Assembly (NCBI RefSeq): GCF_964355755.1 | Contig: NC_092670.1 | Location: forward strand, 35,142,388 to 35,206,387 | DNA: 64,000 nt | Direction of reading: 5' to 3' | Origin: Antedon mediterranea | Taxonomy: Eukaryota; Animalia; Echinodermata | In this document: piece by piece, positions 13,201 through 25,969 of the stretch | Layout of the letters: every line of letters begins with the position of its first letter | Numbering within the stretch: position 1 is the stretch's first letter | Made by a program: the position numbers and the translations under genes | Notes under the pieces: model-generated | Database searches by the model: none | What the model saw: only the letters and a program-made list of their open reading frames with translations | What the model was told of the DNA's origin: nothing

Positions 13201-15847
13201 TTATAAAAATATTACAATTTATTCATGGTGCATAACATCCCCAGGGTTTCAAGACGGTCCACCATAACATAGCAATGATTTAACTATTTTAAGTTGAGTG
13301 TTTTTATTGTACAGTTATTAATAATATAATCAATATTTATTTCAAAAATTAATTATGAAAAGTTAATCAAAAGGAATGAGCATGCCCCAATGCTTCCCTA
13401 GATCCACCATGCCAATCTAGTAAAAACATAAACTTAACCAAACCAGACCCATTTCATCTACTATTATTTATACATTCGTAAATTCACATTTTCTGTCTGG
13501 AAACCACTTATTTTCTTTTAAGATGATGCTTTAAACCTGCTGTCGTCATCGGAAGTAAGTCCCATCGGTCCCAAAGGATGCGAGTCCGGTGTCTTAATTG
13601 CGTGAGGCTTCAATTGCCACCCCATGTAATAGCCTGCAGCCAGTTTCACTGGCTAGTCCCATCGGACATTACAACAATCACCATTTGCTCTCGTAGGACG
13701 CCAGAACAAACATCATTAGATTATGTTGTAGCTTTTTGTCATGTTTAAGAGATTATATGTCATTTATGGGTACCTTAGGCCGGGTTTATATTGGCACTCA
13801 ATGAGAGGTTGGTTAAAGCATCCTCTTGTACATGCACAGGTGATGATAAGATGGACATTCATCTGACAGCTTTATACACACATATAAAACTCAACTTAGG
13901 TGGTAACTTCTCAAGTTTTAATCATATCTGAACATGGTTAGCTAATGTTTAACCAGCTATAGATTGTGAATCTCAGGGGAGAACATATTCATTTTTTTTT
14001 GGCTGAATCTAATTGCTGTAGGCCCTTATCAGGGGATTCTTACTTAGTGTAGTTTAGGTTTAGTTAGTCCCTTGTAGAGACCAACCCATTTGTGAGGCGG
14101 CAATAGACTACATACAGTAGGTAATTATTATTAGGTAAGATATTTTGTACGTACTCAGAAACTTATAATCATACGAAGAGTATATGCTACTGTACACTCG
14201 AGCTACATTATAACCCGCCCCTTTAGAAATATGGCATGCCCGAACGAACGAATTACAGTCTTTAAAACATTTTTCCATTTGTAAAATTACAACAATTTGT
14301 TACAAACACTTTATATTTTGCTGGGATGGCGTTCGATGATGACTTACAAAAGTATTAATTATTTAAATGATAAACTTTCTTGAAATACAAACTCCTTTGG
14401 GACGGAGATCAACATACTGTAAATTTGAGATGTATAGTACCAGGTTAGGCCTACTATTTTATTATACTCAGCAAGTGTCGGATTTAAAGTTCTTATAATC
14501 GAGAAATTAAGTGATGAACAACAAAAAACTAATTTAGGGGTGGGCGGGGAAAGGTGTAGGTTTGTCTTTGAATCTACCTTTTACAACAGCTTGAAAGTAT
14601 TTTATTATATCTATACTGTGGATATAACCTATAATTTTCAAGCCCATTAAATTAGGCCCCAAATTGACAAATTGACCTCCCCATGTAGTTACTGACTCTG
14701 TGTGTGGTTATTTCGGTTCTCACAGCCATACGCAGTAGTAACTGTTCATGGCTACTCGTCCATGTGGTATTAAAGTACAAAATTATAGTATGGACTGTTC
14801 TATTACTAACTATGCATGAAACTTTACATAGTTAACATTGGCAAGCTAATGATGCTAAAATTCGCATAAAGCCAAAGGGAAAATTAGGTCAAACACCTGT
14901 TCTCTAAGCATCTACTAACAGGTGAGCTTAGGGGGCCTAGCGTCCACCTGTCAGTTGAACATCCAAGTCATACGCATACAATTACCACACCACCACTTAT
15001 GTCATACAAAATAACAACATTTGAATATTTACGTAAGATATTTAGTTATGATCTACAATTTCCCTTTGATGTTTTTACAAAATATTAATTTCTAATCCAA
15101 GTTGGTAATATTAATTTGAAAATATTTTGATATTCAATTTTCTTTGACGTCATTCATTTTTATGTAAGTTTGGATAAAAAGATGAAGAATTAGGAATGTG
15201 TAAACATGTGAATCGTTTTTTCACAGGTGGCATTAATTTATCAGCATGATTTATCAATTTCTATGACATATCTATTAGGCCATCATTTAACATAGAGTAA
15301 AATATTATGTAATATACGTACTGTTATTATCTCTAACATCTAAATAATTCCTGTCATTTGATTGGACAACTATGAGTCAGATGGCGTGCAATAGTATACG
15401 TACTGTTAACGACAATGACCCTATCCTATTGGTTTAATATTATTTAATTTCTTAAGTTAATGAAAGTTAAAACAATTTTTTTTTGTTAAGAGGAGGGTGC
15501 ATCAACAAGCAGGTGGTATTTCATGTGTTTTTATAAACTAATCAAAATACTGAATGTTGCTTTTGATTAATTTTAATATGCCCATAATTTGTTACCAAAC
15601 AATGTCAATGATGCGTTCATAAAGTATCTAAAGATGATGTTCTAAACAGCTGATAATGTGTCTATTTTTATAAAACCAATCAATTGAAAGTTGTTATTGT
15701 TCAATTACCATAAGTCAAAGATTCGTTGCCAAATAATACCTGTGAATTGCTAATAATGTTTCTAAAGATGATTTGGAAAACAGCTGATAATTTATATATT
15801 TTCATACAACTATTAATGATAGCAATGTTTCTTTGATATGCAAACCA

Positions 15848-16500
15848 AAGATAGTGTTTTAGAGTGTTAAGATAGTGTTTTGGAGTGTTAAGATAGTATT
15901 TTGGAGTGTTAAGATAGTATTTTGGAGTGTTAAGATAGTATTTTGGAGTGTTAAGATAGTGTTTTGGAGTGTTAAGATAGTATTTTGGAGTGTTAAGATA
16001 GTATTTTGGAGTGTTAAGATAGTGTTTTGGAGTGTTAAGATAGTATTTTGGAGTGTTAAGATAGTATTTTGGAGTGGATAGTGTTTTGGAGTGTTAAGAT
16101 AGTATTTTGGAGTGTTAAGATAGTGTTTTGGAGTGTTAAGATAGTGTTTTGGAGTGTTAAGATAGTATTTTGGAGTGTTAAGATAGTGTTTTGGAGTGTT
16201 AAGATAGTGTTTTGGAGTGTTAAGATAGTATTTTGGAGTGTTAAGATAGTGTTTTGGAGTGTTAAGATAGTATTTTAGAGTGTTAATATAGTGTTTAGAA
16301 TGTTAATGTAGTGATATTACTAGTGTTAAGGTAATGTTTAGAGTGTTAAGGTAATGATAATAGTTCTGAGGTAGTGATAACAGTGTTAAGGTAGTAATAA
16401 GGTAGTGTTTAGAGTGTTACAATTGTGTTTAGAGGGTTAACATATGCTAAGATGGTGTTGTAGTGTTTAGAGTGTCATGGTAGTGTTTAGAGTGTCAGTG
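15848..16500. repeat. 21-bp tandem repeat GTGTTAAGATAGT(A/G)TTTTGGA, decaying into looser 10-11 bp units after about 16290
   Basis: Direct reading. Confidence 0.95.
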
Positions 16501-16802
16501 TGTATATATATTGTGTATATACTTTATTACCACGCTTATTATTATTAAACATTTTCATTTGATTGATTTTAGAAAATCGCTACACATAAACTTCACATTT
16601 CTTAATCAAAAGCTACTGACATTTTTATAATATTTTGCAAGGTTTGCTATGCTTGTATGAAAATGTTTAATAATAAAATCAGTAAATACAACTTGTAAAA
16701 AGTTACCATTTATACAGTAATTTTGATATTGAAAATGTTTGTAGTTGATCATTTTCTTGTAAATGCTTTAATTTTAGAACGTAATTTTTTGTTTGGTTTA
16801 TT

Positions 16803-17103
16803 AGTGAGTGAGTGGCCGAGCGGTTAAGACAATGGAACCGTAATTACGTAGCCATAACATCGGCAGGGGTTCGAGGCTCACTCACTCCATGGTTCTGGTG
16901 GTAGAACGAGTCTTCTCGGATAAGGACTATAAACCGTAGGTCCAGTGTACACATCTAGCCTGTGTGCACTTTAAAGAACCTAGTACATCTTTCGAGACGA
17001 GTAGGGGGTTACCTCAGTGTATTAGTACATCACTGCCACTGATCATAACTGGGCCCTCTGGGAGACCAGTCTTTGACTGAAGAGGTTACTCAGTATAAAT
17101 ACA
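16803..17103 (+). mobile_element. tRNA-derived SINE with a Deu/Nin-like central domain
   Basis: A box TGGCCGAGCGG, B box GGTTCGAGGC, core CGGATAAGGACTATAAACCGTAGGTCC...TTAAAGAACC...GAGTAGGGG; copies at 42020-42293 and 63551-63850. Confidence 0.8.
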
Positions 17104-17299
17104 TATTTCAATCAATCTATTTCTGTGCTCTGTTCTGGGCATAGGTGTTTAGCACCTGTTTGGTCTTTTCTTGCCTTTTATATTCGTTTTTGTCTTCTTT
17201 GTATAATATATGGCAGAAAATTTAAAAATAAAGAAAAAGGTATCTTGAAAAATAGCATTTTAAAGTAGGGGATCAAAACGAATACCAATGTAATTGTTA

Positions 17300-17450
17300 A
17301 GCTCTGTCTACACTATCAAACAAGTTTGACAAAAAAAAGTGATGTGCCCAAAAATATGATATGCACACATATGCTAGTGATATGACATCATCATGTCTAT
17401 ATATGGGCACATCACATTTTTTTGTCACATTAAGTTTGGTAGTGTAGACA
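17300..17450. mobile_element. About 140-bp MITE family (AGCTCTGTCTACACTATCAAAC...TTTGATAGTGTAGACAG); other copies at 20942-21084, 24646-24802, 31008-31149, 33892-34031, 42851-43772 (split by LINE), 44988-45127, 53946-54092
   Basis: Eight dispersed copies with matching TIRs and internal GTGCCCAAATATGGTAGTGAT repeats. Confidence 0.85.
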
Positions 17451-18780
17451 AGGGATAATTTTGCTACCTGTACCGAAGATGAATTTTATAACATAAGAAA
17501 GCACTGAAATTGCTAGCTGTTGCGCGAAAAGGTGATTAATAGTGACATTAGTGGTGGAAAAGTGACATCATAAACTTGTTTATGATAATGGTTTAGAGAA
17601 ACTATTACAAAATAAAAAAGTCTGTATAAACGTCATTATACACATTTAGAAAAAGGGGCTAATGATAGGAAATAGTGACGTCATACCATGAATTTGGGCA
17701 TTTAAATGTTTATTTTTCTATTGATCATAATATGTATTATTATACAAATAGGCGTCGTTGTGTCTATTCTTATGTTTATCTACTAGTGAGATTAAAAGGT
17801 AATATAAATTAAGAAATAGTTACATACGTCATAAAATAGGAGGTGTAGTTTAAAGTTTAAATAAATAATTTTTTTTTTACTATGATAGAAGTTGCCATGT
17901 ACCGTAGATTATTTTTACAAGCAAGTTGTTTTAATTGGCTATTTTAGATGATGGTCAACCAATAATGTAATGTAGGCCTCCCTACCGGCAAAGATGGAAA
18001 ATCTCAGAAAATGGAGATGTTTTACAGTGGGTAACCATAAGTAACCTCCGAGGTAAATAAAAGGGCTTTTTTATGCTTGAGGGCACATTGATCTTTCTTA
18101 TTTACAAAACATACATGTACTGTATTAGGAATAATAACTAAATAACTTCAAAATATGTGGTCTGATGTCCGTATAATTCACTGTGTTGCCTGAAGGAATG
18201 TTAGTGAACATACACTGTTAATTACAGCTTAACCAATGCAACCAAAACAAACATATGGTCTATACAGTACAGTAAATGAGTTTTGTCAAAAGTTTTGAGT
18301 AATCAAATTATAGAGGGCTCACTTTAGGGTTTCTTTTTAATTTTGTTCACTCTGGCTTTCTTTTCTAAATTAGTATTTATTTATCTATCAGTAGTATGTC
18401 AGTAAATTATTTGTCTTATCTTTTAGCGTGTAGTAAAAAATAAACTCCTTTAAAAAAAATTATTTTAAAAGAGGGCGCCATACTGTTTATTATGTATATC
18501 ACATTGAATAAGTTGTGAATTTTTATTTCACATTGATAAAAGTGACAGAAAACAATTTTTAAAAATTAAAGTGCAAATAAATAAAACAATATAAAATAAA
18601 TGTTTTTTAGACTGTAAAGTATTATTTTATTCAAAGAACGATAGTACTGTGTTAATATTTCATATAGCTTTATACAATATTTAATATAAAATTAATTGAT
18701 ACAAAAATTGTTTTTTTTTTTCATATTGTATATAATCACACATATAAAAATATATATAAACTTAAATTCTTATTGCTGAT

Positions 18781-19132
18781 TTAAAGGTTAATGTGCATGC
18801 TTGGATCTCTTCCAGATGAAGGACCACTCGGAGGGCGCCGATGGTTCGGAGGCCGATCTGGTACTGGCACTTCCTCATCCTCATCATCTTCCTCATCTTC
18901 ACTTCCATCGTCGCCATCAATAGAGCCAATGTCAAGTTCTGCCTCGTCGACACGATTTAAGTTTTCTTCTAATGCCCGTGCTGCTTGTTGGATATTTTCT
19001 TGGTTGTTGGGAATGACTGGAGGCGGAAGGGCTTGATCACGTGGCCATACGTATTCAGTTACGTTAGGTAATCCTGCTATCACACCGATGTTTAAGGCGC
19101 TACGAAAGACGTTCATGTCACATGCATCATAC
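18781..19132 (-). CDS. KLHL10: KLHL10 exon 5 (end of last Kelch repeat and acidic/Pro-rich tail)
   Basis: YDACDMNVFRSAL...GLPNVTEY...stop; acceptor CATTACAG|G. Confidence 0.9.
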
Positions 19133-22100
19133 CTGTAATGGATTGACATTAGAATATATCTATATAAGTATTTTGTACTTATTTGCAGCAGCCTAATAAG
19201 GAATTATAAGTATTTTGTACTTATTTGCAGCAGCCTAATAAGGAATTATAAGTATTTTGTACTTATTTGCAGCAACCTAAGGAATTATAAGTATTTTGTA
19301 CTTATTTGCAGCAACCTAATAAGGAATTATAAGTATTTTGTACTTATTTGCAGCAGCCTAATAAGGAATTATAAGTATTTTGTACTTATTTGCAGCAGCC
19401 TAATAAGGAATTATAAGTATTTTGTACTTATTTGCAGCAGCCTAAGGAATTATAAGTATTTTGTACTTATTTGCAGCAGCCTAATAAGGAATTATAAGTA
19501 TTTTGTACTTATTTTCAGCAACCTACTAAGGAATTATAAGTATTTTGTACTTATTTGCAGCAGCCTAATAAGGAATTATAAGTATTTTGTACTTATTTGC
19601 AGCAGCCTAATAAGGAATGAATTATAAAGAAGGGAATAAAGAATGCAGATTTAATGGAAATAAGCAAAATAAAGAAATATATAAGAAACAGACTGTCAGG
19701 ATGGTAGTTTTTGTGTTGTCTTTTTATTTGCAAAATAAAAATTAATTAATTTGTATGAAGCAAAAGCTTAATTTGGCCTCCATGGCCGTGTTTCCGCAGT
19801 CAAAATTTAACCGATAATGTGTTGTGATTGGGAACTTGGTTGTTCGGTAATGACTGATCATGCACACTTTATTTTTAATTAATGATTTGTTAAAAATTTA
19901 ACTGATCAGTTTTGTTTTAGTTGCGGAAAACACGGCCATAGTTAGTAAAGTGAATTTCTTACCATTCATCGTTGTCACCATCATAACATTCAACGTTGAA
20001 GATGGTGGTGACACCGTTGAAGCCACCGATAACAAAGATCATGTCATCCAGAACGGTTACTCCAAAGTTACTACGATGGATATACATGCTAGGACACAGA
20101 ACCCAGTTGTTGGCATGAGGATCATACTTCTCCAATGTATTTAACCTAATGAAGAAAGAAATCATTTTGCGGCTGGTTCTTTTTCGAGCAAAGAATGATT
20201 CAGCAAATCCTTCTTGTAAATGTTGAACTGTTTATTTATGCAGAAAGGGTGTTATTTGAGTATGTTGTCTGTAGGAATAGCCCCTCTCTGAGTTTTATGG
20301 AACTAAAAGAACTAAGACAATCTAACAACAGGATGCTTAGCTTCGGAGATCAAAGGGTTTATATGTGGCTGCAACACGATCAGTTTTCCACACCCCTAAA
20401 CTATTCGATTGGCCAATTGGCTTCCTCAAAATGTACATACTGTAGTATTAGCCCACTGTTGATATTGTCGCAGCCAGACATAAGATCAAAGGACTGTTAC
20501 AAATTCCTATCTTGGCAGGGCGAGCTCAGCGTACTGCCTTTTGCAAGAACCAAACAAATTGTAAGTGGAGAGACTCTTCTCACCTTGTAAGCCCGTTAAA
20601 ACCTCCAACTGCGTATATACAATCGTGGTATGCTACGACACCGACCCCGCTTCTGCGTGACGTCATTCGTGGCAGATCATTCCAAGTGTTGTCAGTAGGG
20701 TCAAAATATTCGGCAGAGTTAAGACATTCGTTGCCGTTAAAGCCGCCACAAATGTAGACGCGACCATCTAGCTGAGATGCCGATGCGTCACTACGGTGAT
20801 GATTCATGGAAGTGACGAATCTCCACTGATTTGTCTTTGGATCGTACCTACCGAAAAAAAGGCCTATATTATTGTACATGAGTGATTCCATACTCAAACG
20901 GTTTACTACACACTGAACAGCTACAAAAACCAGTGGTTTAAAGCTCTGTCTACACTATCAAACTAGTTTGACAACAAAAGTGTGATGTGCCCCAATATGG
21001 TAGTGATATGCCCAAATATGGTAGTGACATCATTTCCATATATAGGCACATCACATTTTTTGTCACATAAAATTTGTGGAGCTTAATACACATTAAGTCA
21101 TGATTCTTAACGACCGCCAATAATGTTTAGTCGCGTACGAACGGGACTCTACAGCTCACTATGTCGGTCGGTGGGTCGATCGGTCGGTTGGTCGGTAAAC
21201 ACTAACTCAAATTTGAGAACGCGACTGCAGCCATGTTTATGGCCTTGTTTTTAGACTGAAATAAAGTGAAGTGAAAACAGTTTAGACAGACCAATTACCT
21301 TTCAACAGTTCGAAGTCGTGTGTGACCATCAAAACCACCCATTGCGTAGATGCAACCATCAAGAACTGCTACACTGACATAACATCTTCGCGAGTGCATT
21401 GGGGATACCTCATCCCATCGTTTGGTGACGGGGTCAAATGATCGAACACTGTTAAAATACTGGTTGCTGTCGAAACCTCCCATCGCGTAAAGTTTGTGAC
21501 TAACAACAGCAATCCCCATATAAGCACGAGGAGAACTATTCTCTGTGTCGATTATAGACCATCGGTCTGCTCGAGTATCGTAACATTCTACTGTATTCGT
21601 AGGACTTCCGCCGCTCCATCCACCAATGGCGTATAAGAGTTTGTATGGCAGGCGAGGTCGTGAGATAACCTGACTGGGACCAGAGGTTGCTGACGTCGTA
21701 TCGAAGTTGTAAGTGTAGTTTAGCGTCTGAATGATAATGGGTTTCGTTAGATCGTTTTCTCTTACATATTCATTAGCCTTGACGTTGTTCATGAAGTAAT
21801 CGGTGTTGGTCATTCCCAGACGGATGTGCATCAGAATCTCTGGCATGTTCTGTCTCCTCTCAACCTCCTCGTACTTGATCCATCGCAGAACAGCTTCAAA
21901 GACATACTCTTCCATTTTTACATTTAGATTATCACGACAGATGAGATCGATGAGGTCAGCGAGACTGAGATTCAGAAATTCATCTGCGTCATCGGCTGTG
22001 ACGATCTCTTCAAAATGTACAAGGATGTAGTGCATTGCGATTTCTTCGAGCTCCCGGCAGAAGTACGCTCGAGCGAAGTTACGAATACCGAAGCAGTTCT

Positions 22101-22749
22101 CGGGACCAATGTGGCTTAACAAGAAATCTTTACATCGCTGTACAATGCCTGTAAAGAATCAAACATAATTCACTACACTTTTCTAACTAACGCTATATGC
22201 GTGGTTGTCAATAGGCCTAGACCTATCTTTCTATTGTTGAAAACGCCCGTGAAAACGAAACAAACAGAAAATAATTGAAATTGGTCACCTAATATTAAGA
22301 CGATAGTGATAATAGTCCAATAATTCAATAGGCCTGCCATATTATTTAGCTAACACTTGTCTATTTTAACCCTCTTTTTGATTTTAAGTAAGTAAGTAAG
22401 TACTATTATTTGAAGATTTACCATGTATGAGGAACTGGTCACCAGCGGCAAAAATACCTTCAACGTTTTCAACTGTAAGTGTTATTTCACGAGTGTATGC
22501 AAATTCAATTAGATAATTCATAATTTTATACGAAACATTCGGAATATTAATCCGACTCATATCACTCTCAGTCATGCCATTTGTAAAAAGTGCTCTGAAG
22601 TACGGACTACATGCAGAAAGAATGTTCTTGTGTGCATGAAACTCACGACCGTCGACGTCCAGTACAACATCGCAAAGTTGACGATTTCGACGAAGATCGT
22701 TGAAGACATTACATGCTGTGACACTTAATCGTTTTTCTACAAGGTCCAT
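18781..22749 (-). CDS. KLHL10: Kelch-like protein 10 (BTB-BACK-Kelch, CUL3 substrate adaptor), full gene; exons 22422-22749, 21299-22148, 20584-20847, 19963-20145, 18781-19132; about 658 aa
   Basis: All introns are GT-AG with consistent phases (1,2,2,2); CDS totals 1977 nt. Motifs AHKNILSACSPYFRALFT, RPRLPYKLLYAIGGWSGGSPTN, PMHSRRCYVSV, RSDASA, RSNFG and FNVECYD match KLHL10 as recalled. Confidence 0.95.
19163..19620. repeat. 42-bp tandem repeat, about 11 copies, in KLHL10 intron 4
   Basis: TATAAGTATTTTGTACTTATTTGCAGCAGCCTAATAAGGAAT. Confidence 0.96.
19782..19939. mobile_element. Small MITE in KLHL10 intron 4
   Basis: ATGGCCGTGTTTCCGCA / TGCGGAAAACACGGCCAT inverted termini. Confidence 0.65.
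19963..20145 (-). CDS. KLHL10: KLHL10 exon 4 (Kelch repeat)
   Basis: LNTLEKYDP...NVECYDGDNDEW; acceptor TTCATTAG, donor TG|GTAAGA. Confidence 0.93.
20584..20847 (-). CDS. KLHL10: KLHL10 exon 3 (Kelch repeats)
   Basis: YDPKTNQW...VGGFNGLTR; acceptor TAG, donor AG|GTGAGA. Confidence 0.93.
21126..21250 (+). mobile_element. Short HINE/DINE-1-like element of a second family, in KLHL10 intron 2
   Basis: SubTIR AGTCGCGT...ACGCGACT, internal (GTCG/GGTC)n microsatellite, 3' hairpin GCCAT-GTTT-ATGGC then CTTGTT. Confidence 0.6.
21299..22148 (-). CDS. KLHL10: KLHL10 exon 2 (BACK domain and first Kelch repeats)
   Basis: Acceptor TTTACAG|GC; GIVQRCKDFL...GGFDGHTRLRTVER; donor AG|GTAATT. Confidence 0.95.
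22422..22749 (-). CDS. KLHL10: KLHL10 exon 1 (BTB domain)
   Basis: MDLVEKRLSVTACNVFNDLRR...DQFLIHG; donor CATG|GTAAAT. Confidence 0.93.
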
Positions 22750-22859
22750 TATTAATCTTATTTAAAACTTAAATAAAGAGAAAACAAATTCGCAGTTTGC
22801 TTGACGAATTTGATGAGCTATTCCAGAGACCAACTGTACTAACAATTTGTTTAAACTGA

Positions 22860-22925
22860 CTTAGTAACGTAGTTTTTTTGTTGTACTGTGTTGCCATGCT
22901 TGCTATGCTACCTCCCAGGTAACTA
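22860..22925. promoter_or_regulatory. Cluster of RFX X-box-like half sites just upstream of KLHL10
   Basis: TAGTAAC, GTTGCCATG, TTGCTATGCTAC and CCAGGTAAC within 65 bp, about 110-175 bp upstream of the ATG; none is a perfect palindromic X-box. Confidence 0.4.
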
Positions 22926-23059
22926 TTCTATATTACGCGTGCTGTAAAGCGCGATAAATTACGCGTACGATCTACTAAAAAAAAAAGGGTTAGACTTGCT
23001 GCTGCTTTTTGCGCATCACGCCCCTTCAACATTTTGAACACAGTGACATTATTTTGGGA

Positions 23060-24597
23060 CAGTGGTGGCGCCAGCGGGGGGGGGGGGGGGGCTACGGGGG
23101 CTCTAGCCCCCTCGTCGGGGAGCCTAGCCCCCCCGTCGGGGAACACGGGTACTTTTTGTCGGGGAATATAATATATATAATATTCATTATTGCCAGCGAT
23201 CTAACTTACTACTAAACATTAGCTAGGTACGCGCACTTGTCTGGCGGTATCCCTTTGTACGAATCGTTCAACGTTGGGTCGAGACGCGTGATATCAAGTT
23301 CCATCGAGGGACCAAAATGTGTAATGTAGTTATTTTCCAGGCGAAGTTTACCGACGGTTACCGAAGGGAACACGGGTACTTTTTGTCGGGGAATATAATA
23401 TACAGTAAAAAGCGTTCGCGTTCACTTCGTAGCTAGCTTCAGCGCCTAGATAACCGCGACGTTTCATTGACTGTGAGAGTACGTCAGAGTGACATTATGC
23501 ACTTTATATGCATTCATTATTGCCAGCGATCTAACTTACTACTAAACAATAGCTAGGTTCGCACTTGTCTGGCGGTATCCCTTTGTACGAATCGTTCAAC
23601 GTTGGGTCGAGACGCGTGATATCATGTTCCATCAAGGGACCAAAATGTGTACTGTAGTTATTTTCCAGGCGAAGTTTACTGACGGTTACGTCGTGTACTG
23701 CGTCGACGACGTACGGTACGCTACACTACAGCAAAAACGAATTATGTTAATTGTTCGTATGTTCACCAATTTTTTAATTTACAAGTAACCTTCTGTACCG
23801 TACGTGGGGCACCTAAAATAAATTGTTCATCCATTACTAAACAAAAAAACATGCCATTTTCGCTTAGCCAACATCTTATTATAGCTAAAAGTTATTACAT
23901 TTTCAATGTCCTGTATGTCATGAATTTCTCACCACTCGGAAGTCCAGATGGTACGCACGCATACACTTGGGAGGAATAAACTTATTTCCCCGACTGAAAA
24001 AGGTCTACGCTTGCGTTTTTTAAGCCTCTAGGCCTGATGTTTCCAAAGTATAAAATGCAATTTTTTGAAGACCTGCAGCTCTAGTTTTAAACAGTTTCTT
24101 AGCTCAGCCCCAACAATAAAGCTGGTCATATTTCGAAGTACGAGAAGTGCATTTTCCGGGACCTAACATCTCTATTTTTCAAACATTTCTTAGCTCAGTC
24201 ACAACCATGATAGGGACTTATATATTTTTTTTCATGTTTTGAAGTATAATAAGTCCAATTTCCGGGACCTCCAACTCTATTTTTCTAAATTTTCTTTGAA
24301 CTTTTATTTTTTAAATTGAAAAATATGAATTGAAACAGTCATCGCGCATCGTTTTTTTGCACGCAGTATTTTATTTATGCATTATAAAAAATGGAAAAAA
24401 TGGCTACCCTAAATCTGATTAAAATTACCTCAAATGACGCTAGAACGCGTTGCTTCCGGGGGCTTCGCCACCTGGACCCCCACCGGGGGCCCTTGGCGGC
24501 CCCCTGTCCCCCAGCCTAGTGATGCTCGTTTCGCTCGCATAGCCCCCTCGTCGGGGAATGTAGCCCCCGCGTCGGGAAGATCCTGACGCCACCCCTG
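23060..24597. mobile_element. Non-autonomous hAT-type DNA transposon between KLHL10 and BOULE
   Basis: TIRs CAGTGGTGGCGCCAG / CTGACGCCACCCCTG; perfect 8-bp TSD TTTTGGGA (23052-23059, 24598-24605); internal duplication 23180-23360 vs 23510-23690. Confidence 0.88.
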
Positions 24598-25969
24598 TTT
24601 TGGGACGGTAGATTGGGAGGTGGAGGAGGGCATAAAGCATGTAAATCTCTGTCTACCTACAATCAAACTTTTATGTGACAAAATAGTTTGATGTGCCCAA
24701 ATAATGGTAGTGATATGATTAAATATGGTAGTGATATGACACCATCATTGGATTCATGTCCATTATATGGGCACATCAAACTTTTTTTGTCACATAAAAG
24801 TTAACATGCTGATAAAATGTCTCATATTTTAGGCAGGCCCCTGGAATGATGATGATCACACAATACAAAAATAAATATTATTATTTTTTAACTGAATATA
24901 CATTCGCTAAATTAAATTAAATAAAAATAAAAATATACCGTTTATTTCACTTATTATTATAAAAAGACAAAAGAAACGGTTATTACCAAAAACAATTTTT
25001 TGCTTTAGCCTAAGTTTAAATTACATTTTTTTTTTTCAGGTAAATAATTATATTTAATAATATTTTTTCGATCCAGTTTTTGGTCTAAGTGAATAACTAA
25101 TTACGTGACTTTAAAATGGCATATCTTAAACAAAAATTGGAAAATTTGTTTAGGAGGACAATATCTTAAAACAAAAAAAACAAAAATCAATTTACTTTTT
25201 GAAAGTCCCTTTTCCGGCGGCGCGCAAGTGACTCTCCGGGAACAATTTTATAATTTATTTTTTATATAAATAGAATATTATTATTAGAATTTTTAATAAT
25301 AATAAATTAATATTCTGGATTTATATAGCGCCTATGTTGTGAAACCTCTAAGCGCTGAACATTATTACTGTCATATTTTACTGAATCAATTATATTAGCT
25401 ATTAACCCCTATCTATTACCATCTTATTCTTAGTAGTCTTTACATACAGTTCTTATTTTATCCATAATTGATATTTAATTTATTGATTGAAAATAGCATG
25501 TGTTTTTTAGCCAAAGTGGCGCGTACACCTCCACCACCAAGGTACGCCCACACACGCACATGTTTTGTAAAACTACGCGAAAACAAAGTCAAAGTTCAAA
25601 AATAGGTTTTGGCACAGTTCATTCAAAATTAGGTAAAGACAAAAACAGCTGAATGGCATTCCTCTATAATACACGTATTTCGCCTTATGTATAGGGTATA
25701 AGAATACATTTAAACATAATAAAAATTGGATTAAGCTATTAAAGAGATGGCATATTACTGTAACAATTAAATGTTCTTTATATTATCAAAAGCTAACGCT
25801 GATAATGAATAGAATAGTCTGAAGCTACTGAAGCATAAAATGAAATAGCCCGCCAACTCGTCCTGTCTGTCACGTCAAGAAGCAACGAGATATTTGATAC
25901 TTCTTCGCCTCACTGTTGTGAAATTGATTAGGCTACATTGAACCGTGCAATTTCTGTAGGAATTCAGAG

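Noticed and set aside
15875-16278. (VFWSVKI)n ORFs
   Set aside because: Artefact of a 21-bp tandem repeat
18791-22030. Plus-strand ORFs at 18791, 19950, 20195, 20512 and 21803
   Set aside because: Antisense shadows of KLHL10 exons or chance intronic ORFs with no recognisable motifs
22928-24681. Pro/Gly-rich ORFs at 22928-23215 and 24430-24681
   Set aside because: They derive from the GC-rich ends and G-run of the hAT element
25195-25230. CHR (TTTGAA) and E2F-like GGCGCGC cell-cycle promoter module for BOULE
   Set aside because: Order and spacing do not fit CDE/CHR, and it borders a MITE fragment
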